Source: Octopus vulgaris (taxonomy: Eukaryota). Taken from it: a stretch of DNA of 64,000 nt. Each line of letters opens with the position of its first letter. The stretch's first letter is position 1. This document shows positions 26,050-38,588 of the stretch, piece by piece. The notes under the pieces were generated by a model, which ran no database searches, was not told the origin of the DNA, and saw nothing but the letters and a program-made list of their open reading frames with translations. The stretch covers positions 151,962,001-152,026,000 of the forward strand of contig OX597815.1 of assembly GCA_951406725.2 (NCBI GenBank), read 5' to 3'. The position numbers and the translations under genes are program-made.

Positions 26050-28310
26050 TTTAAATTTTTATATCATACTTTCACTTCACTTCCGAGCACAGCTCTATGT
26101 GCCTTGGGTATGTGGTTTGTTGTGATGCTCTCATGGTTACTGTATTGAAAGTGTTTTATGTAGGATGTGTGCAGTGCCCAGTAGTGCAATTTTCTGTATG
26201 TTATATATATATTTGTACGTCCTAGTGTTTTTGTTATGTATTTGTCTGAATATTTTTTTATCATACCTAATGCACCTACTATGATAGGAATTGTTTCTGT
26301 TTTTAGATTCCACATTCGAGTTACCTCTATTTCCAGGTCTGTGTATTTTGAAAGTTTCTCCATTTCTTTTAGAGAAATGTTGTCATCTGCTGGTATTGAT
26401 ACATCAATTAGAAATCATTTTCTTTCTTCATGATCTCTGACAACTATGTCTGGCCTATTGGCCTTAATTTCTCTATCTGTGTGTATTGGCATATCCCAAA
26501 GTATGGTTGCTTTCTCGTTTTATATGACCTTTTCAGGCGTGTGCCTATACCATCTTTTTTCTGTTATTCCATAGTGTTGGCATAGCTTCCAATGTATGTA
26601 AGTCCCAACTCTGTCATGTCTGTGAGTATATTCCTTCTTAGCCAGGACTGGGCAGCCAGAGATAATGATTTATTGTTTCTTGTCCATCTCCACATATTCT
26701 GCAGTTACTTGTTATGTTTATTTTCATTATATGTCTTTGGTAATTTCTGGTGGGGAGGCTTTGGTTTTGTGCTGCAATTAAAAATCCATCCGTCTCTGGT
26801 TTGAGTCTTGAGCTTCTCAAACATTGCTGGAATTTTTCTCTGTTTATTTCTTTAGCATTTAGTTTAGTCCAGTATTTACCATGAAGGGACTTTTCTTGCC
26901 ATCATTTTATCATGGTCCGTTGCTGTTCTAGTTTTAGTTTGGTTTTCAATTGTTTTATAGCTTTTGTTTCTTCTTCTTCTTCTTCTTCTTCTTCTTCTTC
27001 TTCTTCTTCTTCTTCTTCTTCTTCTTCTTCTTCTTCTTCTTCTTCTTCTTCTTCTTCTTCTTCTTCTTCTTCTTCTTCTTCTTCTTCTACTACATATTTG
27101 TTAGGTAATGTGACTTCTTGTTTGTATTTGTCAGCTTCCTTAAATACTGAGAATAGTTTTTTGTTTTGCTTGTGTTTTGTGGCTATTTGTATCAGTTTTC
27201 CTTGCTTCTGAAGTAGGTATATTTGCAGTCCTATGGTGGTGATATTATAATAATTTTCCAGATGGATAAGGCCTCTACCACCTTCTATACATTGTATATA
27301 TAGCCTTTCTATGTCAGATTTTGGATGGTGCATCCTAGATCCTGTCATTATTTATCTTGTTTTCCTATCTATTTTGGTTAGTTCATTTAGTGTCCAGTTA
27401 AGGACACTAAAGCAGTAACTTTTAACTGGTATGGCTAAAGTGTTAATACCTATTATCTTGTTTTTAGCATTGAGCTCTGTTTTTAGTATTGATCTAACTC
27501 ATCTATACTATTCTTTCTTTATTTTCTCTTTCATTTGTGTGTGTTGTGTCATGTCTAGTTCATGGATTCCTAAATATTTGTATGCTTGGCTTTGGTCTAC
27601 TTCTCTTATTTCATTGGCTTTATCTTGTGCGATGTTGCTACTCTTAACTAGTTTTCCTCTTTTCAGGGTTGCTTTGGCACATTTTTCTAATCCAAGTTTC
27701 ATATCTGTTTCTTTGGTAAAACCATATACTGTCTGTAGTAGTGTTTCCAGCTGTTTATCATTTGTAGCATATAGTTTTAGGTCATCCATATATAAAAGGT
27801 GGCTGATCGTTTTGCCATAACATTTGTATTCACATCCAGTTCTATTTAGCATATCTGATTGAGGTGTCAATGCCAAGCAGAAAAGGAGTGGAGAGAGCGT
27901 GCCTCCCTGGAATATTCCCCTTCTAATGGGGGTGGCTTTGGTTTTCACGAGTCCCTCTTTTGTTTGGAGCTGTAGCACTGTCTGCCATTTATTCATAGAG
28001 TGTCTTATGTATTTTATAATTGTTGGTGCTACGTTGTTAATGGCTAGTGTTTCGATGATCCACGTGTGGGGAATGCTATCAAAAGCTTTTCGGTAGTCGA
28101 TCAAGGCCATACTTAAGCCTTTCTTCTTTCTGCGGCTGTCTTCAGTTATGGCTTTATTGATCATTCGTTGATCTTTACAGCCATATGAGCCTTTGCAGCA
28201 TCCCTTTTACTCTTCTGGAAACAGGTTGTTTTCTTCCAGAAGCTTGCTCAATCTTTGTGATATTATTGCAGTAAAGGCTTTGTATATTGTAGGGAGACAG
28301 GTTATAAGTG
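26050..28310 (-). mobile_element. Dong/R4-like LINE (RT plus restriction-like endonuclease), decayed
   Basis: IDYRKAFDSIPH, GIFQG, HLLYMDDLKLY, CRIC, EKLSKYTDLEIEV, IPIIVGALG. The 3' end abuts a (TAA)n array. Confidence 0.88.
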
Positions 28311-31300
28311 GCACATAAAAAACACTGTTTCGAGCATGGCCATTGCTAGTACCGCCAGACTGGTCCTCGTGCTAGTGGCACATAAAAGCTCCCACTACAC
28401 TCTCGGAGTAGTTGGCATTAGGAAGGGCATCCATCTGTATAAACTCTGCCAGATCAGATTGGAACCTGGTGCAGCCATCTGGTTCGCCATTCCTCAGTCA
28501 AATCGTCCAACCCATGCTAGCATGGAAAGCGGACGTTAAAGGATGATGATGATGATGATGATGGTATGTGTGTGTGTGTGTGTGTGTGTCTGTACGTGTG
28601 TGTGTTTGTGTTTGTTCTCCCAACATCACTTGACAACCGATGCTGGTGTTTTTATGTCCCCGTAACTTAGAGGTTTGACAAATGAGACTGATAGAATAAG
28701 TACTAGGCTTACAAAGAATAAGTCTTGGGGTCGATTTACTCGACTAAAGGTGGTGCTCCAGCATGGCTGCAGTCAAATGACTGAAACAAGCAAAACAAAT
28801 TAAAGGAAAGAAAATACCAATTGAAATTTTTTAATTTTTTCAATTCTAGTTTCCAACTTTTGAAGGCTCAACATTTTATTAAATCTCTTTCTGTAAAAGA
28901 TAAATTTTTTTAATAAAAATATTTAAAGATTGAACATTTTGTTGAATGCTTTTTCTGTTGAACAGGAAATTTTTACCATTTAAATTTCTTATTTTTTAAG
29001 ATTATATTATATCATGTATTATTTAAGTATTTGAAATAAATGGTGGATAAAAATTAATCAGTTTTTTCAAATCACTCATAATAATTAGACAGGAGAAGTG
29101 GTCAGGAAAACAAAATGAAGTAGTGAAGAAAACGGAAATGGACAAAAGTAGAGGCAGCAGTTGAAATGCTGTGAGAGAAAATAATAGAGACAACAGAGCC
29201 GTGATGTATATAATAATCCTTTCTACTATATGCACAAGCCCTGAAATTTTGGGGGAGGAGACCAATTGATGATATCAACTCCAGTGTTTCACTGGTACTT
29301 AATTTATCAATCCCGAAGGGATGAAAGGTAAAGTTGTCCCCGGCAGCACTTGAATCAGGATGTAAGGGCATGTGAAATACCACTCCAGCATTCTACCCGG
29401 CATGCTAATGATTCTGCCAGCTCATTGCTGTATATAATAATAACAGAGGAGAGAGCCGAGTGAAATTTGAATATGAAGAGGTTCTTGAGTAAATAATGCT
29501 ACAAACATTTTATTAATTATTATAATTATATAATAATTATTATTTTTAAAAAAACAATTTTTTTATAATAGACAGGAGGATTGATAGAAAATTCACAGAG
29601 AAAGAAGGAAAATAAGTTAAAAAGAGAGAGGGAAAGAGAGAGAGAGAGACAGACAGTTACAACGATGGATATATAAAGAGGGGGATGACTGATAGAAAGA
29701 GGGGAGAAGAAGAAGAAGAAGAAGAAGAAGAAGAAGAAGAAGAAGAAGAAGAGAGAATAAGCAAACATAGAAAGAAGAAAGTGGGAGAGGATAAGGAAGA
29801 GTAAAATTGAGAGACAAGTGAAACGTGAATATGATTCAGGAGATAAAAGAGGAAGTCTAAGAGAGAAAAAGAGGAAGTTGCAGCAGTGGGAGGAGGAAGA
29901 GTGTAAGAGGGAAATGCAAATGAAAAGACAAGGAAAGAGAGAGAAAGACAGAAATAGAGATAGAGAGAGAAGCAGATAGACAGATAGAAAGGTAGATATA
30001 TAGAGAGAGGAAGACTCAAAGATAGACAGGAAGGTTAATGCAAAATTGAGAGAAAGGGAAGGAGAATAAGTTGAAAAGAGACTATACGAATGTAGAAAGA
30101 GGAAGTGAGGGGGAGAGAAAAGCAAACAGTAGAGACAGAGGGAATGATAGAGAGAGAGAGAGAAAGAGAGACAGAGACAGACAGATAGAGAGAGACAAAC
30201 AGATAGCAAGGTAGATATATATAACATCGGGATGACTGATAGAAAGTGGGGGAGAATAAGTAGGAGAGAGAGAGAGCAAAGAAACATAGAAAGAAGAAGA
30301 ATGGGAGACGATAAGTAAAAGTAAAATAGAGAGGTAAGGGAAATGTGAAAATGAAAAGTTTTCTTGAGTAAATAATATTAAAAAGATTTCATTATTACAA
30401 TCACTTGTGGGACCTGTGAATATTTCATGGAACTAATGGTAAATGTATTGGCTTATTTCTGAAAACTTGAAAAAACCTGAAACCATAGCCTGTGTTGTGT
30501 GTGCAGGGAAAGATAGTCGCTCATCTGCTACTCACTGAAAAGTGAAAGAAACTGGAATTCAGTGATTACTTAATGCTTTTTTATATAATTTATGCACAAT
30601 TTTATAGACTTAATACACAGCACTCATAAAATATATATTCCCACTTATTTTTCCATTTTTCCATTTTTCCCATAAACAAAAAAATATCCCATACATATGA
30701 TATAAATTTTAGTTAAATTGCATGTATCTGTCACATAAATAAGTGTGAATATTTCACAGAATTGCATTTATGCACAAACGTTAAGTGATAGGTGATATAA
30801 AAAACTTAGTTATTTTTTTAAAATTACATTTTTCACTATCCAATCACCACCACCACCACCTCCACCATCATCCTCATTATCTCTCTCCCTCTCCCTCTCT
30901 CTCTTCCTCTCTCTCCTCTCTCCCTCTCTTTCTCCCTTCTCTCTTTCTTTCTCTCCCCTCTCTCTCTGCCTTTCATTAACCTCACAATCAGAACATCACC
31001 CCTCTGCTAAAATTATATCTTTAACTCTCCCCCTCTACCTTCAACTAACTTTTCTAATCTCTTATTATAAAAGGTAGATTTTATCTGCCTCCCTTTGTCT
31101 CTTATAGAAATCTACAATATAGGATTTCTTCAATTACAATTTACCTAGCATTTTTAAGAGTAGAATGCATCGGGTTTTGCCAGGTCCACTTTTTAAAATT
31201 TCAACCCCAATTAAGCAAAATTTAGAGAAAACTCACATTGTGGTGTATGAGTTAAATGCTTCTCTTAGTGTAGTCTACAGCACACGCACACGCACACACA

Positions 31301-31859
31301 CAGTGTGCAACGAATAAAGTGAAAGTAATTCACTGTGTGTGTGTTGACAGGTAGACAATAGAATGCGATGGCGATGGCGATGGCGATGTAATATTTGTTT
31401 CTGTCTATGACGCTAATAGATACATGAGTAAAATGTATGGGAAGCTAAGAGATAAGAGTGAGTGAAAATGTTCTTGGAAGAGAGTAAATAGCGAGAGAGT
31501 GGTTTGAGGAAGACTTTACATTAAATAACCGTAGTGGCTTGTCAAATGAAGAGGAGTGAAAGGGTACTGGAGGAAATAGGGTGAGTGAGGAAGATGGCCC
31601 CTAGCAACCACACCTTTTAAGATAGGGATTTCTAAGGTAGCCCACGAGCATCGTCACCTCATTCTACATGTCCCTGTAAATTTTGGAGCGAATCGGACGG
31701 GATAAAGTTATCTCTAAGAAACAGAAAGATCGCCCAAAGTGTATATAGATATTTAAATGTATTTATATATTCATCTATACACACATGTATGTATAATGTG
31801 CGTGTATATATTTCCATAGAGGTAACCATTCAATCCATACAAAGTTTTTTAGGACGAAA

Positions 31860-32707
31860 ATATTTATATATAAAAGAAAGGTTGTGTGTCTGTCTACTCC
31901 GATTTAGATTCCTAACTACTCCCACATTTTGCGATGCAGTTTAACCAAAACCGGGTATCTTATAGTCGTGATTCATATCGAGCCCTTCTGGGTATTAGCG
32001 CGCGTCTACGATGAGTCTATGATTTTACAAATAATTTACCATCATTTTTTTCCATTTTAATGCATATTTTTTTTTATAAAGGGAAGTAACTCTCAAACTT
32101 CACACCAATATGCGTGCTCATATGCGACGTAATATCACATCAGCAGCATTTCCTCACACCCTCCTTGCACTTGGCGAAGGCAAAATACCAGGGGATGAAA
32201 ATGGTAATATTGCCATCGATTCCATTTGTAACATTGTTAAGACGCCTTCTGATCTCAGAGATGCAGTGTTCCCAGATCTACAAGCTAATTATCAGAATAT
32301 GGATTGGATTGGCAAAAAGGCTATACTAGCCCCGAGGAATAAAACTGTTCACCATATTAATGATGAAATGCTAAAACTCATTCCTGGGGAAGTCTATGTA
32401 TATCAGTCTATCGATACAACTCCTGACCCAGAGGACGTCATCAACTATCCAATAGAGGTACTCAATTCCTTTGAGCACCCCGGACTACCACCACACTTTC
32501 TCAAACTTAAAGTTGGTGCCCCTATAATGCTCATCAGAAATTTGGTTCCCCCAAAACAATGCAATGGCACACGTTTGATCGTTAAGTCCTTATCTCCCAC
32601 CGTAAACTTATATTAATATTTGCCTGAATAATCATCATAATTCAGTGCAATCATTAACAGTACTTTCAAGCAATTCAGCCCCGAGCAACGCCGGGCAATT
32701 CTGCTAG
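31860..32707 (+). mobile_element. Non-autonomous Helitron carrying a Pif1-like helicase fragment
   Basis: ORF 32110-32616 has AILAPRN and GLPPH.LKLKVGAPIMLIRNL...CNGTRL. The 3' GC hairpin gcccCGAGCAACGCCgggc is followed by CTAG (32704-32707) then T. Confidence 0.85.
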
Positions 32708-34155
32708 TCATATAATAAATATTATGTACTTCCTACCGCACATCATGGACTCTTCTCTCAAGGCTATAGTAGAAGATACTTGCCCAAGGTACCATGCAGT
32801 GGGACTGAACCCAGAGCCATGTGGTTGGTAAGCAAACTACGTACCACACAGCCACTCCTGTGCCTATGTTTATATTGTAATTCTTATCCTCAGTTATTTA
32901 TATTAGAATGGTTTGTCCATTTCTACCCTGGACTAATGAGCCTAACTAGAGTTTTTGGCTCTTATTTATTGTATGGTATGGAGAAAACAATTTAAGTCCC
33001 CTACCTCATGGGATATATCTGTAGGAGCCCTTACTTGCCTAATCTCTGACCAGAACCTAGCATCAAATTCCCTGATATCAACACCTGCCATGTCAGTCTT
33101 GAGCAACATCCCCAAAACAAAAGATGACGACACTAGTCATCCTTCTACTCACAAGACCTCCCTTGCTCCTCTCCTTTATGCAAGGCCCCTCAGCTGTTTG
33201 TATGACCTCACTGGCCCTATACTTTTGGCCCACCTCAGTCTCACATTTACAAATTCAGCAAATGAATTATTTGCTGATGCATGCTGATATCTGCCAAAGA
33301 ATAATACGTCATTTTGTGCATGGTGGACAACTAGAACTAGATTGATGGCAGGCATATACATTCCCAATGTACTTCTGCAGATTTCAGGTGGTGAGCTGGC
33401 AGAATCGTTAACACACCAGGCAAAATGCTTAGCAGTATTTCGTTTGGCTTTACGTTCTGAGTTCAAATTCTACCAAGGTCAACTTTCCCTTTAATCCATT
33501 TGGGATCAATAAAATAATTACCATTTGAACATAGGGGGCGATATAATCAACTTACCCTCCTCCTGCTCCTCATCATCGTTTAATATCCACTTTCCATGCT
33601 AGTATGGGTTGAACGGTTTGACTGAGGTCTGGAGAGCCAGTGGCTGCACCAGGATCCACTCTGATCTGGCAATGTTTCTACAGCTGGATGCCCTTCCTAA
33701 TGCCAACCACTCTGAGAGTGTAGTGGATGCTTTTTACATGCCACCGGCACAGGAGCCAGTGAGGCAGGCCTGACAGCTATCACATTCGGATGGTACTTTT
33801 TATGTGCCACCTGCATGGGACTTGTGGCATCGACAGTGGCATCGGACTTGTGCCACAATTAGAAGCCAGTATTATCATGTTGATTCCCTATGATCTCTTT
33901 GAATATATTATCCTCTTATTCTTTTATTTGTTTCAGTCATCTGACTGTGGCCATGCTGGAACACCGCCTTTAGTCGAACAAATTGACTCCAGGACTTATT
34001 CTTTGTAAGCCTAGTACTTATTCTATTGATCACTTTTGCTGACTCGATAAGTTACAGGGATGTGAACACACCAACACCAGTTGTCAAGCGATGGCGGGGG
34101 GGGGGACAAACACAAACACATGCACACACAAATACACACACACATACACACACAA

Positions 34156-34214
<59 letters not shown>

Positions 34215-36926
34215 CAACGTCTTTCTTTCAGTTTCCATCTACCAAATCCACTCACAAGACTTTGGTCGGCCTGAGTCTATAGTAGAAGACACTTGCCCAC
34301 GGTGCCATGCAGTGGGACTGAACCGAGAACCATGTGGTTGGGAAGCGTGCTTCTTACCACACAGCCACTCCTGTGCCTATGAATCATTTAATTTCAGAGA
34401 GTGCTCAATTTCATCCTTCTCCAAAACCTTTACTGGTGTATATTTATAACCCCTCTTTCTGTCGCTATTCCATAACCCTGCAATAATTTCCAGTGTATGA
34501 AAGTTCTAACTCTGTCATGGCTGTATATATATTTACATTCGGTTAAGGTTCAGCAGCCAAGAAACAATATCAGTAACTGTTTCTTTGCAACTTCTGAACA
34601 CTCTGTTAAGCTCAGCAAAAGCAATTGAAACAACTTTAAATCAAAATTGCCACCTGTATATCATACCAAATGTATACACATCATGAGAAAGCATGAAACT
34701 GGAATAGTCTTAGATAGATTCTTCATAGATTTCAGCTAAAAATGTACCAGTCATTCCCATAAGCCACTGCAGTAATGATGCTTGTCTCTCTCTCCAATGT
34801 ATATTGTTTTTGCCTCCGAACAATGCGTATATATTTACAATGATACACAGATGGTGATACTGTATCTTTTTTTTTTGTATTATGTACTCTTGTTCATTAT
34901 ATACTTTTGATGGTTTCTTGTGAGAAATCTTAGGTCTTGTGCCTCAACTACACGACCTCCCTCATATTATAGTCTTGTGCCACTGAGACATTTGTGGCAG
35001 AGATTTTTCTTTATCAATTTCTCCTTTGTTCAATCTTGCCAAGCAGTGCCATTGTCTTCACATGTCTCTAGTCCTATTTTCAGCTTAATTTTCTTTTTCT
35101 TTGTAAAGAGTGAAGGCATAAGAGTGACAACAGGCATAGGTGTGGTCGTGTGGTTAAAACCATTGCTTCCCAGTCACAAAGTTTTGTGTTCAGTCCCACA
35201 TCACGACAACTTGGGCAAGTGTCTTCTAGTATAGTCCTAGACTAAACAAAACCTTATGAGTATATTTGGTAAATGAAAACTAAAAGGTCTGCAAATACAT
35301 ACATACATACATTTCAATGACTATAGATACAATCCATCGCTGAAACTATAAATCTGTAAAACTTCCCAGAAGTTTATCATTTAAATCTATATGAGCATAT
35401 CTAGATATGCAACTATAGGATTCAGAATACACACATAAAACATACAAATCTGCACATTCATACATACCTGCATATATACATACAAGCAAACAAGCAAAAA
35501 TATCCTGTTGTTGATGTTGAAATTCCATTGAAGGAAACTTGGATCTAGGTCAGAAACCAACTCTTTCTCTATTGGCAAGAAATCTTGTTTTATAGCTGGT
35601 TTGGTTACTGTTTGTGTAGCACTACTTTTATATGTCTCCTATTTGGAAACAGATAATAAATATATTTTACTTTTGAAGTAGGGATATATATTGATAAACA
35701 CGTCACTTATAACTTATTTATAAGTATTATCATTATACACAAATCCTGACTCCAGTTACATAAATGCCATAGCGAGAAATATATACTCTGAAACGCTAAT
35801 GGACATTTTATGTATGCATGTATGTTGAAGATAAATAAATTCATGTTCTTATAACCGCTATAAGAAAATACACAGTTTCATAATTGCAGAAATAAATTTC
35901 ACTATCAAGTTGAAGAACGTGAAGAAAGAGAAAATAATTACTATATTATTTTATTTATGTACATTTAGCATTTATAGTACAATTGGAAAGTAAAGTCATT
36001 TTGTCGCAGAGCATTATGACTTAAAATTCACACTAGCTAATCCTTCATACTAACTACTAGAGTTCACAACATTTCAAATAAGTCTTGTTGGATTTTTATC
36101 ATAGACATGACATAAAAAATAGCTAATATCTCAATGAGTGAGTGTCGTGGAGTTTTATAACATCCTATGAACACTATTGTGAGTTTTGTGGAGTTTAGTA
36201 ACATCCTACGAACACTGAGTAATTTCCCAAAACTCAGGGTTTTTATAACTGCTCATATCCGAATTCTAAGAACCATATTTTCTGAGAGATTTCTTTGACG
36301 AAAGTTTAGAATCTGTATATAGGCAGTAATTTTAACCAATAGGATTACCAACAATTATGCTTGTTCAGGCAAACAATCATTACGTCATATTGTCCTCCTG
36401 TCCTGTCCTGAGACAGCATTCACCCGGGGTGGGTTGAGCTGGCTTCATTCATCCTCAATGCTGCATCTCTTGTCCTATTGCTGCCTTTTATGACTTGCTA
36501 CACTTGAAATAAAACTGAATAATAGCATACATACATACATATGTATGTATGTATGTACCATCATAGAGGTCAGCTACCCTGCAAATATAAATATCTCTTT
36601 GAAAATCAAAGAAAAAGTAGATCTTTTTGGACAACTACTTCAAAACCTCCAGCTTCTATATCCAGACTATGAATTCATATTCATACCAATAACAATTGGA
36701 GCTCTAGGTTTTGTTAGTAAATGCTTAAAGGATAATCTGGATAAACTAGGATTTTCAGAAAGAGAAATCAACCGGCTGATTCATACATTACAAGTTCAAT
36801 CTGTAAGTGGAACAGTAGAAATATGCAAAATTAAAAAATAGAAGCGACATATATATATATTTGTAAAAAATGAAGTTCGAAAATGCTGCTATATTAGACA
36901 AATTTTTAATTTTTATATATACATTA

Positions 36927-36976
36927 TTTATTTAACATGTTTCGGTTCTTGAAATGATGAACCTTATCAAAAAAAA
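36927..36976 (-). ncRNA. Minimal hammerhead motif with U3-A8 core at the Penelope 3' end
   Basis: Minus strand: UUUUUU-UUGAUAA-GGUUC(10 nt)GAACC-GAAAC-AU-GUU-AAAUAA. Confidence 0.6.
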
Positions 36977-37306
36977 TTATATATAAAAAAGATAGTTCAT
37001 GCTATCAAATATAAAAAATTCATATATAATATACAATAGAGTCAGACATCAAAAGTTCATATATAGTGAAGTGAGTTCATGCTATATGTTTAAAGAGTAT
37101 GATGTAGTAGTTCATAGTGGTGATATGCATTCAATATAAAAAATAGTTCATAGTGGTGATATGCATTCAATATAAAAAATTGATGTTCTTGAAAAAGCGA
37201 GGAATTCATTTTAGATTTTACCTTGAGCAACTGTGATAACTTTTGGTCGGTGTCCACTCGGACAGTTCTGGCGAACCTTGTGAATTGTTTGGGTTTTATA
37301 TCACCT

Positions 37307-37620
37307 GTTAGGTGGCCAGTCCAGCGGAACGAGACGTCATCAACGTTTTGACCAATCGTTTCGTTAGGTGGCTAGTCAAGCAGAACGGGACGTCATCAAT
37401 ATTTTGACCAATCAGAATCGGGTCCGACCTATAGCTGTATTAGATCTGCCCCTTGTCTGTATCCTGTTAGGTGGCCAGTCCAGCGTAACGAGACGTCATC
37501 ACTGTTTTGACCAATCATCCCGTTAGGTGGCCAGTCCAGCAGAACGAGATGTCATCAATGTTTTGACCAATCAGAATCGGGTCTGACCCTTAGCTGTATC
37601 GTATGTGGCCAGTCCATCAG
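37307..37620. repeat. Four ~56-bp tandem units arranged as two dimers in the Penelope 3'/pseudo-LTR region
   Basis: Unit gttaggtggccagtccagc..aacgagacgtcatcaa..ttttgaccaatc repeated. Each unit has GA(C/T)GTCA and CCAAT. Confidence 0.85.
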
Positions 37621-37760
37621 GATTAGATCTGTTCGAAGAGATCTTTTTATAAATTTTTTCCCTTTTCCCTAAGACATATTTCCGTCAGTGTGAGTGACTG
37701 TTTAAGGTAGCGGCCGTGGTGGAATTTCGCTTCTCCTTTTCGGAGGACCAATCTTTTGTT

Positions 37761-38588
37761 TTAATATTCCTGGCCCAGGGTGTTTAAACTTGGTCTAAAT
37801 TTTTTGATGAAATACAGTTCTTTATTTTGGCGTTGCGTGAAGGTTGCGTTGTCACTGAATTTATAAAGCGGGTAAGTTGTAAATTTCAGATTTACATTTC
37901 CAGCACATCTATCTATGTGTCCGCTGACCGGTATTTTCCCGTATTCAGGGTTTCTAATTTGGGATTTATGCACCGCCATCCTGTTACGTAAGCTATTTTT
38001 TGTATGGCCTATATACTGCCTATTGCAGCCTGCGCATGTTATGACGTAAATTAAGTTTTCTGATGCGCAGGTGAAGTTTGCTCTAATGGTGAACTGATGG
38101 CCTTGTTCTAGTATAAATTCTGAACCTTCTATCAAGATGACACAGATTCCGCAGTTGGGCCTTCCACATTTTCTAACTGCTGGTTTTGTGGTTGATGTTG
38201 AGTGCAGTTTAGCTTGGGTTAAAATCCTTTTCAAGGATTTTGGTTGCCGTTTACTTTTAATGATGGTGTGTGTTTCGAGGATCCGGTTCATCTTTGGGTC
38301 TCCCTTTAGTAGGGCTGTGCTTTGTAGTATGGTGCTGAAGGCCTCATTGTTGAGTGGGTTGTGTGTAGAGATGTAGGGAAGGGTTTTTAATTGTTCTTTC
38401 TTTTTTGGTTTTGTTTGTCTCAGGTCTTCTATACTTAATTTGAGTGCCCTTTGGATTGCACTGTCTATTAGGGGCTGTGGATAGTTTCTATTTGTGAGTG
38501 TGGTTCTAAGTTCCTGGAGACGTGTGTGTCGGGTGTTTGTGTCTGATATTATGGTGCAGATCCTTCTAGCTAAACAAAAAAGGGACAT
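37761..38588 (-). CDS. Penelope thumb/linker plus GIY-YIG endonuclease (frameshifted continuation of RT)
   Basis: CGRPNCGIC Zn-knuckle in the linker (Neptune-like). NLIYVITCAGCNRQYIGHTKNSLRNRMAVH is the GIY-YIG motif. Confidence 0.9.
   Translation of the reverse strand: MSLFCLARRICTIISDTNTRHTRLQELRTTLTNRNYPQPLIDSAIQRALKLSIEDLRQTKPKKKEQLKTLPYISTHNPLNNEAFSTILQSTALLKGDPKMNRILETHTIIKSKRQPKSLKRILTQAKLHSTSTTKPAVRKCGRPNCGICVILIEGSEFILEQGHQFTIRANFTCASENLIYVITCAGCNRQYIGHTKNSLRNRMAVHKSQIRNPEYGKIPVSGHIDRCAGNVNLKFTTYPLYKFSDNATFTQRQNKELYFIKKFRPSLNTLGQEY

Noticed and set aside
32110-32616. Host Pif1 helicase gene
   Set aside because: Intronless fragment followed by a Helitron hairpin-CTAG terminus.
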